From contig CAWBBV010000023.1 of assembly GCA_963787125.1 (NCBI GenBank), forward strand, positions 128,001-192,000: a stretch of 64,000 bases of DNA. Reading direction: 5' to 3'. Position numbers and translations under genes: made by a program. Source of the DNA: an uncultured delta proteobacterium. GTDB taxonomy: Bacteria; Desulfobacterota; Desulfuromonadia; Geobacterales; DSM-12255. The notes below the pieces were generated by a model that saw only the letters and a list, made by a program, of their open reading frames with translations, made no database searches and was not told where the DNA came from. This document shows positions 57,116 through 64,000 of this stretch, piece by piece. How positions within the stretch are numbered: the stretch's first letter is position 1; each line of letters begins with the position of its first letter.

Positions 57116-58582
57116 TTAGAATGTCAGATTTAGGATAACCTGGGTTTTCCATGGATTATCAGGGGTTTCTATGCCGCCGGTTGCCGTGTTTTTAACGGTA
57201 TCCTTGTAATAGTCGCCAAGCATTACATAGCCGCCGACAACGCTGGCAGTGAGGTTGGAGGAGATTTTGTAGCCGATCTCAGCGTTGACCTCAGTGCCGA
57301 CATACTTGCCGTTGGAATAGTCATTTTTGGCAAGATTTTTTGGTTTGAAGGTGTTGTTGTTCTCAGCTACTCCGGCCATGCCGAGGTTTGTCTTGATGAA
57401 GGTCTTGTCGATATCCATGTCGTAACCGATAAATGCGCCCATCATCCCCTGGTTGTAGTTAGTGACAGTGTTGATAAGGGCACGGTCGGTGTTGGCCGCA
57501 TACTTGGTGTTGGTCATCAGCATTGTCATCTGTGCTGAGGAGTAGGTCGAAGTGGCATTACCGTCACCCAGCTGGTTCACACATTGGAATGCTCCTACAG
57601 AGCCTTTGCCGTCATCACCGGACGCATAAAGAAGAGATGAGCGAAGCGTTCCAGGGCCGGCTTTCAGCTTGGCAGCAAGATTGGCGGCGTAGGCGGATAC
57701 GGACTGCCCTACCTGTCCGAAGTCATTGGTCGGGTTTTCGCCTGACTGAACAAGGAGGAAGCCGTCAATAGTGCCACTGCCGAAGTTGTAGGCAGCATTG
57801 ACACCAAATGTGCTGAGAATATTGAAACCGGTTTTCTCCAGGTTGGAGTAGGTCAGGTAATAGGAGCCACCGACGGTCAACTCTTTACTGAGCGCAAACT
57901 TTGCTTCAAGGATGCCGAGATCAAGAGAGTAGCGCCCCGGATTGACTGTGCCGCTTAACGATCCGGTGCCGGTAGGTGCTGGATTTACAGCCGGGATTGT
58001 CCCGTCAGCGCCGTTAAAATTCAGGTTGTCGTAGCCTCGGAGCCAACCGGCATTAACCGTAAGCCTGTCAAATTTGCTGGTTGTCATTACCCCGGCGATG
58101 TCCGTTGCCAGAAAGACACCTTTGTAGGCGTCGTCAAACGGCATGAGTCCTGCTTTTACTTTTGTCGGCAGGTTAGGTGCCTTGAATTCCATATAAACGT
58201 TTTTTGTTTCAAGATTCACCTGGTCAGTCTCCATGGCTCCACCCTGGTTGCGGGTTGAGTTCTGGCTGGCCTTGCCCTGCGATGTATCGCCCCAACGTGA
58301 GTCGATCTCGAACTGGGTAATGATCTTTACCTCGTCCATCAGGGTGCCGGTGTACTTGAGGCGTGCTCTCTGCTCGGAATAAAAGAAGCTTTGGGCAGGA
58401 TTTGTCCGGTAAAGCGGTCTTTTGCCGCTGGCGTCATTGCCGCCTGCCTGATCATAATTGGTCATATCCCCTTTGATAAGGAGCCTGCCGTTGAACTCGT
58501 GTTCCATGGCTGAGGCGCTGCCGGCCATACACCCGACTGCCGCTGCCACTACCGCTGCTTCTTTTAAACGTAATCGCTTCAT
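57116..58582 (-). CDS. Outer-membrane channel (Geobacter OmpJ-like porin)
   Basis: Signal peptide; EQRARLKY..FEID..WGD, NLETKNVY, GTEVNAE; C-terminal Phe. Confidence 0.75.
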   Translation of the reverse strand: MKRLRLKEAAVVAAAVGCMAGSASAMEHEFNGRLLIKGDMTNYDQAGGNDASGKRPLYRTNPAQSFFYSEQRARLKYTGTLMDEVKIITQFEIDSRWGDTSQGKASQNSTRNQGGAMETDQVNLETKNVYMEFKAPNLPTKVKAGLMPFDDAYKGVFLATDIAGVMTTSKFDRLTVNAGWLRGYDNLNFNGADGTIPAVNPAPTGTGSLSGTVNPGRYSLDLGILEAKFALSKELTVGGSYYLTYSNLEKTGFNILSTFGVNAAYNFGSGTIDGFLLVQSGENPTNDFGQVGQSVSAYAANLAAKLKAGPGTLRSSLLYASGDDGKGSVGAFQCVNQLGDGNATSTYSSAQMTMLMTNTKYAANTDRALINTVTNYNQGMMGAFIGYDMDIDKTFIKTNLGMAGVAENNNTFKPKNLAKNDYSNGKYVGTEVNAEIGYKISSNLTASVVGGYVMLGDYYKDTVKNTATGGIETPDNPWKTQVILNLTF

Positions 58583-58630
58583 ACCCACCTCCGTTTTAAT
58601 TTACGCCTGCTCAAAGGCATGGCGACCTAA

Positions 58631-59686
58631 TCAGAATATCCAGAGACTCGATGCCGGAATCTCGACCCACTGTTCGCCCGGCGGCAACGGCAGGGAACCG
58701 TAGCCCCGGATGAGAGTCCCTTTGAGGTCAAAGACGTACTCCCAGGTGCTGCCCAGGTACATGCAGGTCACCAACGGCAGGCGGAGCCTGTTTTCGCCAG
58801 GTCCTGCGGCGATTGCCAGTCGTTCTGTCCGGATGACGCCGATGGCATCTTCCCGGTTCTTGTGTGGCTGGCAGAGAATCCCTTTCAGCGCCCAGCCTTC
58901 ACCGGCCAGCATTGCCATATTGCCGACAGCTGTTTCTATCTTGCCGTGCAGTTTGTTGTTCGTCCCCATGAACTCGGCAACAAAGAGCGAGCGAGGCTTT
59001 TCGTACATCTCCTGGGGCGTCCCTGCCTGCTCGATGACCCCGTTTTGCAGCAGGACGATATGGTCGGACATTGCCATTGCTTCTGCCTGGTCGTGAGTCA
59101 CGCAGAGGGCTGAGAGGTTGAGCTCGATGATGAGCTGCCGCAGCCAGATACGAGCCTCTTCCCGTAGTTTTGCATCCAGATTGGAGAGCGGTTCGTCCAG
59201 CAGGATGACCCGCGGTTTGTAGACCAGTGCCCTGGCAAGAGCGACCCGCTGCTGCTGGCCGCCGGAGAGCTGGTGGGGGTGGCGATTCCCCAGATCACCC
59301 AGCCCCAGGTTACCGAGCACTTCCTTTACCAGGACAGCTATCTCTGTATCCGGAGTTTTTCTCAGCTTGAGCCCATAAGCGACGTTTTCAAAAACCGTGC
59401 GGTGGGGCCAGAGGGCGTAGGACTGAAAGACGAAGCCGAGCGCTCTTTTTTCAACAGGTATTTCCAGTTTCAGGGCACCGTCATAAACCACCTGATCGGC
59501 AATGGTGATGTTGCCGGCGCTGGGGTATTCAAGCCCTGCCACCGCCCTGAGCAGTGTTGTCTTGCCGCTCCCGGAAGGGCCGAGCAGTGCAACAATTTCG
59601 CCTCTTTTAAGCTCTAGTGAGGCGCCTTTGAGGATGTGATTGTTCCCCAGGGTTACGTGGAGATCTTTTACCGTAAGTTCAGTCAT
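58631..59686 (-). CDS. ABC transporter ATP-binding protein (FbpC/PotA type)
   Basis: GPSGSGKT, FQSYALWPH, LSGGQQQR, LLDEP. Confidence 0.93.
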   Translation of the reverse strand: MTELTVKDLHVTLGNNHILKGASLELKRGEIVALLGPSGSGKTTLLRAVAGLEYPSAGNITIADQVVYDGALKLEIPVEKRALGFVFQSYALWPHRTVFENVAYGLKLRKTPDTEIAVLVKEVLGNLGLGDLGNRHPHQLSGGQQQRVALARALVYKPRVILLDEPLSNLDAKLREEARIWLRQLIIELNLSALCVTHDQAEAMAMSDHIVLLQNGVIEQAGTPQEMYEKPRSLFVAEFMGTNNKLHGKIETAVGNMAMLAGEGWALKGILCQPHKNREDAIGVIRTERLAIAAGPGENRLRLPLVTCMYLGSTWEYVFDLKGTLIRGYGSLPLPPGEQWVEIPASSLWIF

Positions 59687-61352
59687 GCAGTTTAACTCCA
59701 TAGCGCAGGGCGATACCCATCCCGACGCTTACCAGTAGGATATTTATTACCGACAAAGACGATACCAGTTCGATTGCGCCTGCCCCCCAGAGGGAGACCA
59801 GCAGCGAGCCGATTACCTCGGTTCCGGGACCGAGGAGGTAGACACCTGTCGAATATTCACGTTCAAAAATCATGAAGATCATCAGCCAGCTGGCCATGAG
59901 GCCGAATTTGATGAGCGGCACCGTAACGTGCCGGTCTACCTGCCCCGGTGTGGCTCCGGTGACCCGGGCGCACTCTTCAAGTTCAGGGGCTACCTGCAGC
60001 AGTGAGCTTGATATCAGCCGCATCCCGTAGGCCATCCAGACGACTGAATAGGCGAGCCAGAGACTGAAGAGGGTTTTTCTCAAAGGGGCAAGCGGCGGGA
60101 AGAAGAGAAAAACCCAGAGGAACGCCAGACCGGCCAGCAGGCCGGGAACTGCGCGGGGGATCATGACCGAGTAATCAAAGAGTCGTGTCCAGCCGTTGTT
60201 TTTCCTGTGGGTTGCAAGTCCCATCAGGGTGTAACAGATGACCGAGAGGCCACCGCCGACCACACCGATAAGAACTGTGTTCAAAATGCCGCGCATCAGG
60301 TTGCTCTGTTCAAAAACAGAGGTGTAGTTCCCCAGGGTGAATGCTTCGGCCAGGGTTACCCCTTCGCCCCAGTGGGTCACAAAGGAGCGGAAGATGACCC
60401 CGGTTATGGGGAGAAATACCGTCACTGCCAGCCAGACGAACACCGCTCCCGCAGCAATCCAGCGCCAGAAGCCGAGCGGCAGGGTTGCCTGGCGGGCGCC
60501 TTTCCCCTTGAGGGTGATGTATTTGCTGGCATTTCTTAAGAGGTAGCGCTGCATCAGCACCATCGGCAGGGTGAGGGTGACAATGCACATGGCGACCGCC
60601 GCCATCAGGTGATACGAGGGGGTGCCGAGTTTATTGGTCAGCTTGTAAAGATAGGTCGGCAGAACCAGATGCCCTTCAGGATCGCCGAGGATAAGTGCCA
60701 GACCGAACACTTGAAAGCCGAGAAAAAAGACCAGCATGGCGCTGTAGAGAACCGCCGGCATCACCATCGGCATGCTGACAGTCATGGCGACCCGCAAAGG
60801 TCCGGCTCCGGCAACCCGCGCCGCTTCCTCAACGTCCGAGCCGAGGCTTTTCAGTGCCGAGGATGAGTAAAGGTAGACATGTGGCACATGTGTCAGACCG
60901 GCAATAATGATGATGCTGACCATGGAATAGATGTTCCAGGGGATTGTGCCGATCAGTTTCTGCACCCAGAGTGAGAAGAAACCGACCGGGCCGACTGAAA
61001 CAACGTAGCCGAAGCAGAGCACCATTGGGGAGACAAAAACCGGTATGAGCAGTACCGGCTCAAGCCATTTCCTCCCCGGCAGATCGGTACGGATCATCAA
61101 AAAGGCGAGGATTGTTCCCAGCGGCACGGAGATTATCCCCATGCCGCAGGCGATATACAGCGAATTCAGTGATGCCTTTTTAAAGTCCGGATCGGCGAAG
61201 ATGAAGCGGTACGCATCCAGCCCGAGACTCTTTTCAAGCTGGAAGAACGGCGCGTTCAAAAAACTCTGGTAACAGAGCAGGCCGATAGGGAGGAAGATGG
61301 CAATCACCGTTAGGACAATCACCAGCTTCTGAGTCAAAGACATGGTTTTCAT
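59679..61352 (-). CDS. ABC transporter permease (FbpB-type, two EAA motifs)
   Basis: EEAARVAGA and EECARVTGA; about 12 TM segments. Confidence 0.92.
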   Translation of the reverse strand: MKTMSLTQKLVIVLTVIAIFLPIGLLCYQSFLNAPFFQLEKSLGLDAYRFIFADPDFKKASLNSLYIACGMGIISVPLGTILAFLMIRTDLPGRKWLEPVLLIPVFVSPMVLCFGYVVSVGPVGFFSLWVQKLIGTIPWNIYSMVSIIIIAGLTHVPHVYLYSSSALKSLGSDVEEAARVAGAGPLRVAMTVSMPMVMPAVLYSAMLVFFLGFQVFGLALILGDPEGHLVLPTYLYKLTNKLGTPSYHLMAAVAMCIVTLTLPMVLMQRYLLRNASKYITLKGKGARQATLPLGFWRWIAAGAVFVWLAVTVFLPITGVIFRSFVTHWGEGVTLAEAFTLGNYTSVFEQSNLMRGILNTVLIGVVGGGLSVICYTLMGLATHRKNNGWTRLFDYSVMIPRAVPGLLAGLAFLWVFLFFPPLAPLRKTLFSLWLAYSVVWMAYGMRLISSSLLQVAPELEECARVTGATPGQVDRHVTVPLIKFGLMASWLMIFMIFEREYSTGVYLLGPGTEVIGSLLVSLWGAGAIELVSSLSVINILLVSVGMGIALRYGVKLHD

Positions 61353-62458
61353 TTTTTTGCTGTCCCCATGGCGCCTTGCCACTTGTTAAGGAAGTCGAGT
61401 CGCTTCTTCTGGTCCAGGTATTCAATGGTCTCTTTGCCGATGGGGATCGGCTTGGCTGCTTTGCCGAGCTGCTTGGAGAGGGTCGCCATGGTTGTCTCAC
61501 CCTTGATGTCGCTCCGGATGGAGAAGAGGTCGGCCTTGTCGGAAATTACCTGCTGGCCGCGGGCTGAGAGGATATAGTCGGCCCAGAGTTTGGCGGCACT
61601 CGGATGCTTTGCCTGCTTGGAGATGAACATGATTCGCGACATGACCACAGTGTAGTCCGATGGATAGACATAACCGATGGACGGGTCCTTCTTGGCTTTC
61701 ATGAAGGCGTAGGAGCCGATGATGTTGTAGCCGAGGAGCGCTTCGCCGGAGCTGATTTTTTCCATCATGGCGCCGGTACTGGTGTAGACTTTCATCCCCG
61801 CCGCACCCATTGCATTTGCCATAGGCCAGAAATCCTTGAAGTGCTTCATGTCCTGGGTGATGTACATGAAACCGACGCCGCTGCGCTCAGGATCGTAGGA
61901 GACCATTTTCCCTTTGAATTTGGGATTGGCGAGAATCTTTGCGATGTCAGCGTGGGTTTTGGGTACTTCACCCGCTGCCACCAGCCTTTTGTTGTAGATA
62001 AAGGAGATCGGCTCGTAGGTCGTGCCATAGGCCATATCTTTCCAGTTTGCCCATTTTGGCAGGTTTGCAGTCTCAGGCGATTTGTAGGCAAGGGCGTTGC
62101 CGTCGTTAACCAGCTTGATGGAGAGGTCGGCGGCTGAACTCCAGGTAATGTCACAGGTGCCGGAACCGGCGGCCACCTCACTAATGAAGCGATTGTAGAG
62201 CTCGGTGCTGTTCAGGTCGTTGTACTCAACTTTGATGCCGGGGTAGAGCGCCTCAAAGTCTTTTAAGAGGGGGTCTACCGCTTTGGTGTCAGTCGTGCCG
62301 TAAATGACGACCTGCCCCTCTTTCTTGCCGGCATCGATCAGCTTCTGGTAGCCGGCCGGATAACCGGCAGGCGCTGCCGCTGCCGCCAACGGCAGCAGTG
62401 CTGCCAGCATTGTTGCGGCAATAGTTGCAAACCTGCGTTTTGTCTTTGTCTGCAGCAT
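61349..62458 (-). CDS. ABC transporter substrate-binding protein (AfuA/FbpA-like)
   Basis: Signal peptide; KKEGQVVIYGTTD, YPGIKVEY, GYNIIGSY. Confidence 0.88.
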   Translation of the reverse strand: MLQTKTKRRFATIAATMLAALLPLAAAAAPAGYPAGYQKLIDAGKKEGQVVIYGTTDTKAVDPLLKDFEALYPGIKVEYNDLNSTELYNRFISEVAAGSGTCDITWSSAADLSIKLVNDGNALAYKSPETANLPKWANWKDMAYGTTYEPISFIYNKRLVAAGEVPKTHADIAKILANPKFKGKMVSYDPERSGVGFMYITQDMKHFKDFWPMANAMGAAGMKVYTSTGAMMEKISSGEALLGYNIIGSYAFMKAKKDPSIGYVYPSDYTVVMSRIMFISKQAKHPSAAKLWADYILSARGQQVISDKADLFSIRSDIKGETTMATLSKQLGKAAKPIPIGKETIEYLDQKKRLDFLNKWQGAMGTAKK

Positions 62459-62525
62459 ACATCCTCCTTGAATGGTTTTTGTCTGTCAGATGGATCTCTG
62501 AAATCAGAATATATAATGAGGTGTT

Positions 62526-62541
62526 AGCAACTGACGCGCCA
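62526..62541 (-). promoter_or_regulatory. sigma54 promoter of the ABC operon
   Basis: Minus strand TGGCGCGTCAGTTGCT. Confidence 0.85.
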
Positions 62542-62618
62542 AGTTTAATGAATGATATAACTGCCTGTAAAAATTCAGCTTAATGCGTGTAAGGGCGATA
62601 TTTTAGAATGGAAAGGGG

Positions 62619-62720
62619 ATAACCTGAGTTATGGTAAAAGGCCGGTCAGATGGCAAAACAGCCTATAAAACATATGGTTATCCTTTTGATAACCATATGC
62701 ATTGCTATAACCAAGGTTAT
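62619..62720. promoter_or_regulatory. Putative enhancer (UAS) palindromes
   Basis: ATAACCTGAGTTAT; CATATGGTTATC-N5-GATAACCATATG; ATAACCAAGGTTAT. Confidence 0.65.
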
Positions 62721-62883
62721 GGGGTTTGCGGTTTTGGTAGGGAGCTGGAGCGGGAGCAGTGAAAAAAATAGAAAATTGTTTTGAAAATATGACGATATGC
62801 GTAAGTTGATGCTGCAAGGTTCGAAACTTGATTGCCGAGCCGTTCTGCTAGGTTATAACATTTGCGAACTGAAGTGGTACAGA

Positions 62884-64000
62884 CTACTTCAGCCCCTTCA
62901 TTCGCTTGCTCAGCGCCGGTTGCGAGATTCCAAGGAGCCGCGCTGCTATGGTTTGATTGCCGCTGGCCCGCTTCATTGCTTCCACAACCAACAGTTCGGC
63001 AATTTCAGTAAAGGTCGGCAGCCGATCAAGGGCTGCAAAGATGCCGCCAACTTCGGTGCTACGCTCCAGCTTTGGAACAGCTGCCTTACCCATAGTTGCA
63101 ACAAATGTTTCGGTGGAGAGTTTCCGGTCAAGGTGGACGCTGACGGCGTTGTAGACCATGGCCCTAAGTTCCCGCACGTTGCCGGGGAAGTCATAAGTAA
63201 GGAGGAGCTGAGCAAGTTCCGGCGGCGGGGTCGGCTTACGCTTGCCAAGGGATTTGGCGGATTCCGCCAGAAAGTGGTCCAGCAGTATCGGAATATCGTC
63301 CTTGCGTTCCCGTAAGGGGGGGATGTCGAGGTGATGGATTTTGAGGCGATAAAAAAGATCGCGCCTGAATTCGCCGCTGGCAACTTTACTGGAAAGGTCG
63401 CGATGGGTGGCAACTATGATACGGGCTTTGAGACGCTTCGGGCGGTCGCTGCCAAGCGGAAAGTATTCACCTTCCTGGAGGAGGCGCAGCAGTTTGACCT
63501 GGGAGGCGATACTGAGATCGCCGATTTCGTCAAGAAAGAGAGTCCCTTCAGCAGCCTCTTCCACCATCCCGCGCCGAATCTGGTCGGCTCCGGTGAAGGC
63601 GCCCTTCATGTGGCCGAAGAGGGTGTCTGAAAAGACCATATCATCAAGACCGGCAACGTTCACTGCCACGAGCTGACCTTTGCAGCCGCTCAGCGTGTGG
63701 GCCGAGCGGGCAAACAGCTCCTTGCCGACACCGCTTTCACCGGTGATCAAGAGCGGCTGGGGGCTTGTCGCTACCGCCTCGATATAAGCAAAAATGGAGC
63801 GCATTGAGCGCTCGTTGGTTACTATGGCTGAGAACGCTTCGGGGTGCCGCAGCTTTCTGGAAAAGAAGCGGCTGGCAACTTCACGGTTTTCCCTTTCCAG
63901 CTCAAGCATTCTGATGGCGCGCATGACCCCGCCGACCAGTCGCTCCTCTTCAACGGTCTTGACAAAATAATCAAACGCCCCCTGTTTGACACAGCGAACC
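62884..64000 (-). CDS. sigma54-dependent (NtrC-family) response regulator, 5'-truncated by window edge
   Basis: Receiver-domain tail GAFDYFVK, GESGVGKE, GAFTGA, FLDEIGD, C-terminal Fis-type HTH. Confidence 0.93.
   Translation of the reverse strand, partial: VRCVKQGAFDYFVKTVEEERLVGGVMRAIRMLELERENREVASRFFSRKLRHPEAFSAIVTNERSMRSIFAYIEAVATSPQPLLITGESGVGKELFARSAHTLSGCKGQLVAVNVAGLDDMVFSDTLFGHMKGAFTGADQIRRGMVEEAAEGTLFLDEIGDLSIASQVKLLRLLQEGEYFPLGSDRPKRLKARIIVATHRDLSSKVASGEFRRDLFYRLKIHHLDIPPLRERKDDIPILLDHFLAESAKSLGKRKPTPPPELAQLLLTYDFPGNVRELRAMVYNAVSVHLDRKLSTETFVATMGKAAVPKLERSTEVGGIFAALDRLPTFTEIAELLVVEAMKRASGNQTIAARLLGISQPALSKRMKGLK

Overview
Bacterial chromosomal segment, very probably from a Geobacteraceae/Desulfuromonadia genome. 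This is inferred from multiheme cytochromes with CxxxxCH motifs, the shc-hpnA-dxs-hpnH block, an OmpJ-like porin and the IclR-yjcH-actP module. The window is mostly housekeeping genes (rsmI, dxs, shc, moaC, trmL, serA, pyrE, purF, purQ, recQ, gap). Notable regions: (1) a sigma54-preceded outer-membrane electron-conduit operon: porin, 5-heme and 8-heme lipoprotein cytochromes, a 4xFN3 lipoprotein and a 1088-aa MtrC/OmcA-type decaheme lipoprotein. (2) A ~4 kb insertion inside the hopanoid cluster with five related CCCTCTCCC..GGGAGAGGG palindrome repeats. It holds one repeat pair carrying a DUF559 nuclease, one empty pair inserted in a DUF4258 toxin gene, mazEF and a secreted caspase-like protein. 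(3) Mobile mystery proteins A/B followed by a Wadjet jetA relic. (4) A TM+RAPP candidate arrest peptide upstream of IclR-actP. (5) A decayed duplication of the recQ 5' end bracketing gap. (6) A sigma54/enhancer-controlled ABC+porin uptake locus. No rRNA, tRNA, CRISPR array or transposase was recognised. All family calls are from motif recognition by eye, not database searches.
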